DNA from: Callorhinchus milii
Lineage: Eukaryota
DNA: 64,000 nucleotides
NCBI RefSeq assembly: GCF_018977255.1
Contig: NW_024704742.1
Location: 122,266,001 to 122,330,000 of the forward strand
Direction of reading: 5' to 3'
Made by a program: the position numbers and the translations under genes. Each line of letters starts with the position of its first letter. Position 1 is the first letter of the stretch. The notes beneath the pieces are model-generated. The model saw nothing but the letters and a program-made list of their open reading frames with translations. It made no database searches and was not told the DNA's origin. Shown piece after piece: positions 1 to 11,487 of this stretch.

Positions 1-205
1 CGCTGGGAACACTCAGCAGGTCAGACAGCATCTATGGAGAAAGGAAAGTGAGTCCACCTTTTGGGTCCACGACCCTTTATCAGAACTCCAGGGTCATGGA
101 CCCGAAACGTTGACTCACTTTCCTTTCTCCATAGATGCTGCCTGATTTGCTGAGTGTTCCCAGTATTTTTGTTTACAGATTTCCAGCAACTGCAGTAGTT
201 TGCAT
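1..205. mobile_element. Palindromic Penelope-like element terminus with degenerate hammerhead-ribozyme motif
   Basis: 74-bp inverted arms (3-76 and 90-163, 7 mismatches by eye). The arms carry CTGATAA-A-GGGTC-GTG-GACCC-AAAA on the minus strand and GGGTC-ATG-GACCC-GAAAC on the plus strand. This resembles the Penelope-associated palindromes I recall from shark genomes. Confidence 0.6.
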
Positions 206-3200
206 TCTGCTAAACATCCCATGGCAGGATTTACGTAGAAAAGAGAATTTTACAGTTTCCTGGCCGCCAATTCTGCAGATAAAAGTGGGTCATTCACTTC
301 AAAGGCTGTTTCTGGGAAATTGCTCTACACAAATTGTCGACCACATTTGCCGACAATGACATCATAAAAATCCTATGAACCCCTTTGAGAATTCGGATGA
401 CGTGACAAGGATTATTTATTATTATTCTATGCCCAGAGTGTCTTTGATGTTTTGACCAATATCAGCAGCTGCCTTCAGAATCTGGATCTTAGAAATGTAG
501 TAAAGCAACTTTCAGATTGAGACTGAATGTAAGAATTTTCCAAAATTCTGCACACTATTTCATTGCAAGAGATAGACTTTAAGGTTGACACCATAGAGAA
601 ATTTGGGGCCCAATTTCAGGCCTCTGAGTTGGGGGATACCATCAAAATACTCAGAAGATGCCAATGCCAAACTATTCTTGTTAATTTTGAGTCGGGCTGA
701 AATAGGTTCTTAGTGCAGGATGAGTCATTTTGAGCAAACCCCAAATTTATCAAATGTTCCATTTATTAGTATAGTTGTTACTGAAAGAGCGATAAATGCA
801 ATTCCCATTTAATATCATTAAAAAAAAAGCACATTTCACAGATCAGTCACCACTCGGGATTGAACCAGCAATTGCACTGATTCAGGGCAACCTCATTATA
901 AAGCGCTTTGCTAACACAGGAGTTTGTTTTTTTAACACAGTGATCCTGTGGAGCCTTGGTTAACAAAAATGCGGTACACTTCCAGCAGGGACTTGATGGC
1001 TTCCAGTGTTGAAAAATAGACACCTTTCGGCTCATCAGGTCACCGCTGACTGAAAGTGGCATCACTGTGCCATTCGTTGCTTTGTGTTTGACCAGGGGAT
1101 CTGATCGTATAGATCCAGATCACAGCATTATAACGGGGTTGCTTTTTGTATAAAAATCCTTTTCACACCAGCAGATTGCAACCAAAGTAGTTAGGAGAAC
1201 CTACTCCGTCACTATGCCCCTAACCTCTGGAACATCCTGTCTCTACCCTTCCACCTCGTTCCCTCTCTATCAGTCTTTAAATCCCACTTCAAGATCACAC
1301 CTAGTGTTACCTCCCCCTTCCCTTGTCTCTGTTGCTTAACGTCTACCCCTGCCACTGTGAAGTGCTCCGAGATGTTCGTGAAAGGCGCTAAATAAAGTTG
1401 TTGATGTTCAGCTAAATATTCATTTATGTAGTTTTGAATTTTTTTCATTTTAATTAGATGGTATGTAGGGCCTAGCAATTTCACAATTTTGTTCTGTAAT
1501 TAGATATCATTTTCAAGGTGAATGTATGTTTTCTGGTGTACATTGTGACACAATTGTTTATAATTTCATAAACTTGTATTTTGTATTTGCTTAGTAAATA
1601 CTCTAAACAAACACTTATGTGTAGAGGTAAATTTTAATAATGTGTTACGTTTTAATTGATTAATTCAATGCTCCATTGAAAGTCAATATGTTTCCTTTCT
1701 CAACATACTAAAGTAGGCACAATTTGGGGTTTATCTTCAGAACAACCTTTGCTGCTGCGCATTTATAATATAAATAATCCCTGCATTTGATATTGCTCCT
1801 TGTCATATTGTTAATCTGCCTCAAAATGTGCACTTCACCAGATTTTACTATAAAGTGTATTTTGCAGCTAATGTGGGGGATAATTTGCACACAATAGTGT
1901 GCCATAAACAGCCATTGAAGTGAATGATCAACAACAACAATTTGGTTTATACAGTGCTCTTCATGCGAGGCATCATATCAAAGCAATTTTATCTGGGGGA
2001 TTGTTGGCCATGGAGAAACTCCCTTCTCATTTTGATTAGTGCCATGGGATCATTAACGTCCACCTGTACAGGCAGACGGGACCTCAGTTTGTCTCCATTT
2101 AGTTGGAGGCTATATTTATTTTGCTCACATGGATAACTCAGCTGTCAGATAGACAACATTTGCATACACAGTTTAGGTTAATTATATTGACATTCTCCTC
2201 TAATTCAAAAGCATGGCAATTCAAAGCTGCATGAAACATTCAATATACTATCTAATCATATTATTAGAGAAAATTAATTTTGAGAAATACAGTATGCTGA
2301 TACATATGAAAAATATATCAATCAAGAGCACTTTGCTGGCAACTTAAAAGCTAAATCCCTTGCTACTGTATAAGCAACAAAGTTTTAAGTTGTTCACAAA
2401 TAACACATCGAATTTGTTAACCTGGCTCAGTTGGTGACACTTGCCTCTAAGTCAGAAGGTTGATGATTCAAACCCCAGGTCAGGGTTTGAGCCGATAGTC
2501 CTATACGGTATAGGGCACAAATAACTAAACTCACTAGGCTCAAGGCCTCCCATGATGTTAGGCATCGTGTTGAGGACCCCCACACAATAAATCCATAGAA
2601 ATGTAATACCTTACGTTAACTGCAAACAACTTTTTAAAAAAATTAAAGAAAATAAATCCAAAGTAATGCTTGCAATGTTAATCCAGATACCACACAAACA
2701 CTGGGTTCTGTATGCCTAATGAATAAGGCTTTGCTCACCCCACCCGCCATTGGCAAGCTCTTCGGGACACCACCCCACTTGATGGGCACTATATAAATAC
2801 AAGTTGTTGTTGTCGGCATTGTCTCACCCGATTGGTCAGATTTCAGTGAGTAACGGACCACTTCTGGAGCTTCAGGGACTGTGGTTGGTCCACAGGGGAG
2901 AAAGACTGTGATTGGTGTGTGAGGATGAAGCCATGATTGGTCCACAGGGGGAAAGGGTTGTGTGAGAGTGAGGTTGTCAATGGTCACAGGGTGCAAGAGC
3001 TTGAGCTGTTAGCAATGATATTTTTCTAGTTACCACCTTGTGCACCCTGAACCCACTGAAACAATCTCGTACCCCCCAGAGGTGGCCGCCTTTTAAAGCT
3101 ACTGGCATGGGGGGTGGGGGGCGACAATGTGCTTTCTTTTAGCTGAGATATTCATCTGAGTTCCCAGCTGTCTGATCAAGTAAAGATTAAAGATCCCTAA

Positions 3201-3859
3201 AGGCATGATTTGAAATAGAATTAGTCATTCATCTCATGGCTACTTGTTGGCACAGACCATTGCTTCACATTGCCTACAGTTAGTCATTACACTTCACAGC
3301 AATAACCTGTGAAGTGCTTTGAGATCTTCACTTGACAAGGTCACACAATCAGTTCTGAGCAAGAAGGCCCTTCAGCCCATTTGATCTCGTCCTTCAGAAA
3401 ACCCATCTTATGTTCCTCCCATACACAGCATTGAGTTGTGTTTTAAATGAGTCCAGTGTCCTTGTCTCAACCATCCTTCCTGGTAATCTGTTCAAGTCAT
3501 TACTTACCCACTGGATAAATAAACACTTTACCCTTCTGTAAGTCTAAACAAATCCTCCTTTTCTGCAATCAGAGCATCTGAAAGTATTGTTCTGGGTTTC
3601 TCAATTCCATTTAAAACCTTATATATCTCTGTAAGGGCTCTTCTGAAATATATCCTTTCAAGAATGAAGAGTTCAGATTATTGCATGTTTATATTTTCTA
3701 TTTAATGGAAAGGTGGTTCTCTCTCAAAAGTGTGTCAAAATGTGTCATTCGCTACAATACTGGTCAGAGGAGCACAGTATGATTCATTGAACCACTGCAA
3801 GAGTTGGTAATCAGTTTAATCCTCATCTTTCCATCCTTTGTCCCTGACAAGGTTGCTTT

Positions 3860-4445
3860 TCTTCATTCCCACCACATCACCTGCCTCCCGCCCCTATCTC
3901 ACACCAAATGCTGCCAAAAACCTTATTTATGCCATCGTCATACTTCATACGTCATACGTCATACTCACCTTCTCAAACGCATTCCTAGTTCCACCATCCA
4001 TAAGCTCCAGCTAATACGAAACCCTGTCACCCACATGCTAACTTGCGTCACATTACCTATCACCCCATTCCTTGTTGGGGTTCCATTGTCTCCCAATCTC
4101 CCATCGGATCAACCTCTAGTTCTCACCTGTAAATCTCTGATCTTTCCCTATTGCACTCTTCTGCTTGCCCCTCCACTCGGCTAACACATGGCCTGCCTCC
4201 TCTGCCCCTTTGTTGGTGGCCAAGCCTTCAGTTACTACACCCTTAACCTCTGGAAACTCCCAGCCACCACCCCACTGTCTCCCCTTCCCCCTCCTTTATA
4301 TCCTACCAAAAATCTACCTTTTCAGCTGCGCCTATAATCACTACACCCTCTCCCCGCCACCCCACTTTGCTCATAGTTCGACTTCATCTCTGTCAAGTGC
4401 CCCGAGACATTATCCTACATGAACTGCACAATGTAACTGCAAGTC
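3860..4445 (+). mobile_element. Old L2 LINE 3' fragment
   Basis: C/T-rich decayed ORF2 end (SSTIHKLQLIRN, similar to the L2 copy at 44575), followed by a degenerate tail. Confidence 0.6.
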
Positions 4446-5199
4446 GCAGCACTGACTGGCCCAAATCGCTTTTGCAAATATTTAAAGTTGCATGATTGCC
4501 ACTATTGAGAACTGAAGTGCATTTTGTGGGTGTAATGTCTGCTGAGTGCCTGTTACTGCTGCATAATTGTTACATTATGGCAAGTAATAATTGAATGGTT
4601 GTTCTATGGAGGAAATTGTGTCCTGATTGATTAGTGGTAATTTGTTATTTTAAGTGTTTTAAGTGTATGAATTTTAGTGACACTTGTAGCTCACCAAGCC
4701 AGTTCACAAACTCATGTGAATATGACTTCTGATTTAATGCTCTGATATTTTATCTGCTGGAAAATTGTGGCCTACTGAACATGGTAAACAGAGACACCAG
4801 TACTAGGTCATTTTATTTGTGGAACACTACTGTGTGCAAATTGGTTGCCGTGTTCCACTACAAAGTACACAGTCACTACGCTTGACAATAAATCTGTGAA
4901 GCATTTTGAGATGTCCTCCTGATGTGATAGGTATTCTGCCAGATGCAAGAGCTATTATTATTTAGTGTCAGCCTGGCTCAGTTGGGGCAGTCTCATATCT
5001 GAGTCAGTTCTATCCCCACGTGAGTACTTTAGCCTCATAGTCTAGGTTAACCGTCAAATACAGTGCTGGGGAGTGTTCAATTGTCATCTGTTTGAAACTG
5101 GGTGGTGATGTCTCTTTTATTCAGAAAGAATGCCAATTTGAAAATTGAAGCGATCCAGTGCACAAAAGCCCACTGAGGTTAATGATGATAATAATAATA

Positions 5200-5445
5200 A
5201 TCTTTGCATTTGTTATAATGTCTTATGTCGATGAGGTGTTTCAAAGTGCTTTGTAGAATATATTGTAAAGTGAATTGACTGTATTTTGTGGGTGGATCAT
5301 GGCAGCCAATTGCGCACAGCAGTGTCCCACAAACAGTCGTGGATTGAGTGACCAAAGTATTTAATCTTTTTGTAGGGGAGATTATTACCCCTAGAAAGCG
5401 ATCTGCCAATTGACTAACAACCTGGTTCCTACTTACTGCTAGGTA
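5200..5445 (-). mobile_element. SINE, long subfamily, 5'-truncated
   Basis: Shares the body and (TAT)n tail of the tRNA-SINE family and has the extra CCTAGCAGTAAGTAGGAACC segment also seen at 48300 and 59460. Confidence 0.75.
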
Positions 5446-6229
5446 ATGCTGCAATAGGATGACAAATGATATATTTTGAGTTGTCAAAAACACTTATTAT
5501 CCTCCCTTCAAAGTCTGCCCCAGTCTTGAATTACCTTTGATGCTCGATGGCAGAATGCCTACTCCAAATTCTCAGTTATCAGCTGTATGAAGTTCCCTGT
5601 AAGTACAACAACAGCAGATTGTGTTTATATACCCACTTGAGAGGATATCCTAAGGCCCAAGTCAGAAGGGCAATCTAGGAAAGAGACGTCTGTCGATGTT
5701 TTCAGTTTTCTTTTGGACTTGTGAGTAAAGGCTCTGATTCCTTTCAGTGGTTCCAGTAGCATTCAAGATGGAACTAAATAGATATATAGAAAGGAATATC
5801 TTGCAAGATTAGGTCGAAAGGCAGGTAAATGAGGCTGAATGGATTGTTCTTGCAAAGAGCAAGCATAGATGCTTCTTCTGCATTGTAAATTTCTATAGAT
5901 AACTTGGCACGTGGTGAATAATGAGTGTTAATGTGCATTCCGTCACCCTGCAGCTTACACATGATGGTACTAAACTGTGCCAACTCCCCACCCGGAGGGA
6001 AAGCGATTTTTTAAAAAATGGTTTTGGTTTCACTCTGGCAATCTTGTGTGGATGTGTTGAATCGTTTGTGAATTCTTAGTGAAGCAGGACATTCTGTTTA
6101 CAAAATGGAAATGTCTAATTGTCTGCAGGGTTCAGTTTTGCAGTATACCTTTTTAAGCAGCAAACAGGTAAGTTGAGCACACACACACATTTTATGTTTT
6201 GTTCTACATTGTTATGATGAATCCCCTAG

Positions 6230-6715
6230 ATTTGAGGGGTGATGTGATTAACAATTTTTAATATTATGAGGGGTTTTGATAGAGTGAATAGAGAAAAATT
6301 ATATCCACTTGTCTGTAAGTCAGTGACTAAAGGGCAACTTAAGATAGCTACCAAACGAGCAAATGGAGAGATCAGGGAAAAAATGTTCACACCCAGAATT
6401 GTTAAGCTATGGAATACGGGAGCGATAGTTGAGCCAAAATCCATATTAGCTTTCAAAAGAGAACTTGATAAATATTTAAATAATACTAATAATAATCCTT
6501 GGATTTAATATAGTGCCTTATCACATGGTCGAGATATCTCACAGGATATACTGTGCAGTGTGTTGACTATTAATGTCCCTCAAATACATAAATTACAGAG
6601 GTATGGGGAAAGGGCAGGTAAGTGAGAACTGAAGGGATTGCCCCTTAAAACAGCCAGCACAGATACACTGGCCTGAATGGTCTTCTTTTGCACTGTAAAT
6701 TTCTATGATTCTATT
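6230..6715 (+). mobile_element. Old CR1 LINE 3' fragment
   Basis: Translation MRGFDRVNREKLYPL...FKRELDKYL matches the CR1 ORF2 C-terminus. The 3' UTR ends in TTCTATGATTCTAT. A short SINE tail interrupts it at about 6485-6570. Confidence 0.8.
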
Positions 6716-7713
6716 TAAGACCCACTTCTTTAATAGGAAATGGGAGTTTTAATCACCTTTAATCATGTTTTAAATTGTGCCACTGTATTATTTAATCTCA
6801 TTATATTTTAGTGACAATGCAAGCTTTTTAATCAGTGACAGAAAAATTTAGACAAGTTTTGAAACAATAATACACATTTATCAATAAAGTGTGTGTATGT
6901 ATATATATATATGCAAGAATAATTATTAAATCCAGAGTAAACAATGAAAGTAAAATAAATAGTTAAGTTCATAAAAATACACATAATTTAATAGCCTTAA
7001 CAGTGAACAAAATAATGATAACACTAGAAAATTCTTGTCTTGAATCAGAGCTCCAATGTCCTCTATTTTGCACATCTAACTTACGTTTCTTACTCATAGT
7101 TCTGTAGTTATAGAATTACAGAATATGCAACAAATACTCCCAGATCTGCCTGTCTTCCCGTTGTGTTGTGTGAGGTTGTGTGAGGCCCAAGGCATCGCAG
7201 AGTGATGAGAAGTGGGGTGAAGCGAGAGATACTCATTCCCGGGGCCAGATGTGGCCCAAGAGCTACCAGCTGGCCCACCCTGCCTTAAGCTATTTTAATT
7301 TTGCATATACTGTACAGGCTGATGTTTGGAACATATAATGCGAGCTGTGTAAACCATGTTTTAATGTTAGCATATTGTGTACCATGTGTAAACAAAGTCC
7401 TTTTTCCCTCCAAGATATCTCAGTTTGAGATTTAAGATCCCTAGTTTATCTCATCATTCTTCATAATTCATCTACATCTACACTGGGAACAGACTCATTG
7501 CTTGCTTTCTGCACCACCTCTAGGGACTGCGTGGGTCCTTATGTCGTGGTGACCAGAACTGTACAACTTGAGCAAGATTTCTGAACATCATTTATTTTCC
7601 TGGAAATCTGTACTTTTTTAACTTCAGTTACCCTCCTCCCCCACCCCCACCGCTTCACCACTGCTTGCCTTGGGAATTTCTATCTAATGCATAGAGCACA
7701 TGTGTGCACATTT

Positions 7714-8033
7714 GTGGAGTCCTGTAGCTCAGTGGTTAGAGCACTCGCTTTGCAAGTGAGAGATCTGAGTTCAATTCCAGGCAGGGCGAAACCTTGGGCA
7801 AGTTTCCTTATTCCACACGCCTAATAATAATCCCTCCAAACCCAAAAACAATAATAAATTGGTCATTTTCAATCTACGACTGTTTGTGGGACATTGCTGT
7901 GCGCAATTGGCTGCCGCGTTCGCCCACAAATATACGGTCAATTCACTTTACGGTGTGTTCTCTGAAGCGCTTTGCGACGTCCTCCCGACGTGAAAAGCGC
8001 TATATCAAATGCAAGGATTATTATTATTATTAT
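7714..8033 (+). mobile_element. Young tRNA(Ala)-derived SINE, full length
   Basis: A box TAGCTCAGTGG, anticodon arm with TGC, B box GTTCAATTCC, conserved body, 3' stem-loop and (TAT)n tail. Near-identical copies occur across the window. Confidence 0.92.
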
Positions 8034-8295
8034 AAATTAACATTCTGTTTGCCTATTCAGGTTAAAGATCCCATAGACTATTTCCAAAGAGAAGGAGTTT
8101 CTCTCTCCCGGTGTCCTGGCGAACAATTTCCTCAAATAAAAATGGTCACTCACTCCATGGCTGTTTGTGGGACTTTGCTGTGCGCAACTGGCTATTACAT
8201 TTTGCCCACAAGATACACAGTCAAACAACTTTACAGTGCATCTTGTGAAGCGCTTTGACATGTTTCAAGTATGTGATAAGGCGCTAAATGAAATG
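8034..8295 (+). mobile_element. Deu-domain SINE 3' portion (duplicated from 10868-11129)
   Basis: Deu-type motif AAAGATCCCATAGACTATTT...GGTGTCCTGGC. Nearly identical to the reverse complement of 10868-11129. Confidence 0.8.
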
Positions 8296-8298
8296 AAA

Positions 8299-8468
8299 CA
8301 ATCTACAACTGTTTGTGGGACATTGCTGTGCGCAATTGGCTGCCGTGTTCGCCCACAAATATACAGTCAATTCACCTTACAGTGTGTTCTGTGAAGCGCT
8401 TTGGGACGTCCTCCCGACGTGAAAAGCGCTATATCAAATGCAAGGATTATTATTATCATTATTATTAT
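8299..8468 (+). mobile_element. Young SINE, 3' half only
   Basis: Starts at CAATCTACAACTGTTTGTGGG and matches the family through the (TAT)n tail. Confidence 0.9.
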
Positions 8469-9094
8469 GTGTTCTCCATTTGAACATCCTATTTGCAGTA
8501 CTCCTGTGAAGTACTTTGAGATGTCCCAACAACATGATAAGGTGCTATATCAAATGCAACGATTATTATTATTATTTGTAAGGTTTAGCTGTCGAGTCTT
8601 TCTTGCTTGATGTCATCTACAGTTGTGGCTAGCTTTTGAGGAGAGGCTATAGGGTTGATCATGTTTTCATTGAAAAAGAAAGAATACTAATGGGGTTCTT
8701 TAAACTTGCAGGCAGTTATGGATGACACAGATGTAAAAAGACTAATTAACCTAGAATAAGAATTTAGGTATTAGTTTTAAAAGCATTATTTGAAACTAGA
8801 AATTGGAAGTTTTTTTTCTTCCAGAGTAGCAGATATATGGAAGAAATCTGCCAGCAAAACACAACTAATAGTGTGATGATTAACACCTTTGCAGATTAGT
8901 TAGACAAAAATCTGTTATGTGCTCATTGGAGGCTTTAGAACAGATTGAGATGAACTAATGGTCTCAGGGACATATATTTGTGCGGTTGAGGTCTAAAGAG
9001 TGTTTAAATAGTGGAGATCTCAGTACATTAATATTTTGGAGAGATTGATTGTACCACCTTTGGGGATCAGGGAGTATCTGCACTGAAATTTCTT

Positions 9095-9435
9095 CCAGGT
9101 GTTCGGTCCTTCATATGAGACATTAAACTAATGTCTTGTCTGCCTGTTCACATAGACGTTAAAAGATCCCGCGCCACTACTGTATTGGAAAAGAGAAAGG
9201 AGTTTCTCCCAGTGTGCCGGAGAAAAACTGGGAGAAACTCCCTTCTCTTTTCAAATAGTGCCAGAGTGGAATTCCACAAAATTGTTCATTCGCTTTTTAG
9301 CTGTCTGTGGGACATTCTGTGGGCAAATTAGTTACCTACAAAAATACAGTCACTACATTTTATAGTAAAATCTTGTGAAGTGCTTTGACAAGATTCAGCA
9401 ACATATGGCACTATATTAATCATAAGGATTATTAT
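9095..9435 (+). mobile_element. Old Deu-domain SINE
   Basis: ATGAGACATTAAAC...AAAAGATCCC motif followed by a decayed tail. Confidence 0.7.
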
Positions 9436-10854
9436 ATAATAATACAATAATAATACATTTGTTTTAGAGCGAGCCTCATCAGGTCGTCTAGGTCTTTATA
9501 CAATATTGTAAAGTGTATTGACTGTATTTTGTGGGCGAAATGATGGAGATGGATTGCTTGACAATCTGCAAAAGGAATTGGTTTCACGAGTCAAATGGCT
9601 TTTTCCTATTCTGTGACTTTTTAATGTTATTGATGTGTGATCAGACACAGTTCCAGATCAGTAATACAGTTCCAGATCAGTAATATGAGCCCTTCACTTT
9701 ATTGTCAAAACATCACTCCTGACTGAATTTGGGTAAAGGTCTGTGGCTTCGGTAACTGCAACAACAACAAAATTACATTTGTGTAGCGTCTTTCATGTTG
9801 GGAGGACATCCCAAGGCACTGGACAGTCAAGAGTTTCGGATTAGTGTCTTGTGCAGAATTGTACAGTCTAAACAATTGTACAGCGTTGAGATTAAGCCCA
9901 AGTAACAGGACTAATTTTCTGCTACACAAACAACCAGTTTGTCAGCAATTGTTTGGAGAGGATATTGAAAGTATGAGTGGAAGTAGGAATGTTTATTATG
10001 AAATATAATTGTGCACCTGGCAACCTATTCTTATCACTGGTCAGCTGTTCATAAGTCTCTCCAGGCGAAATCAAGGATGTGTATCCGCTCATGGAATGGT
10101 AGAATGAAAGGGTCCCTCAATCCAGGTAAAATGTACAATAGGACATTGTGTAATACAAAAGGATATTTATCTAGGATAGAAGAAAAATCACTAAGAGTTC
10201 TACTGTGTTTTGATGACTTGTCAATGTTTGTTAGGATACTTCTACACCAAGTCTAAGGACATTTTGTGTTAGTTATTTTTTAATAATACTTTAATAATAA
10301 TCTTTACATTTGGATATTGTGTGTGCAAATATAGCAACCTTCCAGTGTGTTTTAGGGGGAGGGGGAAACTACACGTACACACTTACTACACTTTACAATA
10401 TATTCTGTGAAGCGCTTTGAGACGTTTTCCCGATGGGAAAGGCTGTATGCCAATTGTAAGGATTATTATTATGGCAGCTAATTGACCTGAATGCTTAAAA
10501 TAATTAGAAGGTGCAACTCACCGTTGAATCTACAACCTTTACTGTAAAGAACTGTTGTATTTTCTTGTGATAATACATTTATGCTAACACCAAGGGAAGG
10601 TTAAATTCAAGTCATTGTATTTGTGGGTAAGCATCTGTTGCTAAGGTAACACAACATGACACATTGTTTACTAAAAATAACCCACTGAGTGATGTCTAGT
10701 GCGGTGATTTTCAAACTTTGAGCACTGAAGCCCCCACACCCCTCCCTGTGTTATAGTACTTGATTGCTCCCCCCCCACCCACAAATACACACACTTGCTT
10801 ATTAGCGTATTTTTAAAAATGCACACAAACCTCATGTGTGACTGGATTTAGTTT

Positions 10855-11487
10855 ATAATAATCCTCACATTTCATATAGCGCCTTATCACATAGTTGAAA
10901 CATGTCAAAGCGCTTCACAAGATGCACTGTAAAGTTGTTTGACTGTGTATCTTGTGGGCAAAATGTAGTAGCCAGTTGCGCACAGCAAAGTCCCACAAAC
11001 AACCATGGAGTGAGTGACCATTTTTATTTGAGGAAATTGTTCGCCAGGACACCGGGAGAGAGAAACTCCTTCTCTTTTGAAATAGTCTATGGGATCTTTA
11101 ACCTGAATAGGCAAACAGAATGTTAATTTATAATAATAATAATAATCCTTGCATTTGATATAGCGCTTTTCACGTCGGGAGGACGTCGCAAAGCGCTTCA
11201 GAGAACACACCGTAAAGTGAATTGACCGTATATTTGTGGGTGAACGCGGCAGCCAATTGCGCACATCAATGTCCCACAAACAGTCGTAGATTGAAAATTA
11301 CCAATTTATTATTGTTTTTGGTTTTTGGAGGGATTATTATTAGGCGTGTGGAGTAAGGAAACTTGCCCAAGGTTTCGCACTGCCTGGAATTGAACTCAGG
11401 TCTCTCACTTGCAAAGCGAGTGCTCTAACCACTGAGCTACAGGACTCCACAAATTTAATGTCTCATCCAAAGGATGGCACCTCTTGT
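10855..11487 (-). mobile_element. Old Deu SINE interrupted by a full-length young SINE (11130-11450)
   Basis: The minus strand reads GGTGCCATCCTTTGGATGAGACATTAAATTT-[young SINE]-TAAATTAACATTCTGTTTGCCTATTCAGG. TAAATT on both sides is a possible target-site duplication. Confidence 0.88.

Noticed and set aside
605..712. Degenerate inverted ends suggesting a MITE (similar hints near 10697 and 43850-44130)
   Set aside because: Too decayed to define TIRs or TSDs by eye.
7716..7790. tRNA-Ala(TGC) gene (also at 11450, 17505, 32881, 40676, 48637, 50126)
   Set aside because: A cloverleaf is partly retained, but every copy continues into the same SINE body and tail with no terminator after the tRNA. 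These are SINE heads.
7794..8258. Repeated ORF family 'RNWLPRSPTNIRSIHFTVCS...KCKDYYYY' (also 10905, 20325, 32983, 48708)
   Set aside because: Incidental translation of the SINE. Starts and frames vary between copies, and the poly-Tyr is the (TAT)n tail.
9648..9686. 19-bp tandem duplication (a similar 21-bp one at about 44543-44581)
   Set aside because: Two-copy local slippage, not an array. No spacer-separated repeats or CRISPR-like structure were seen anywhere in the window.
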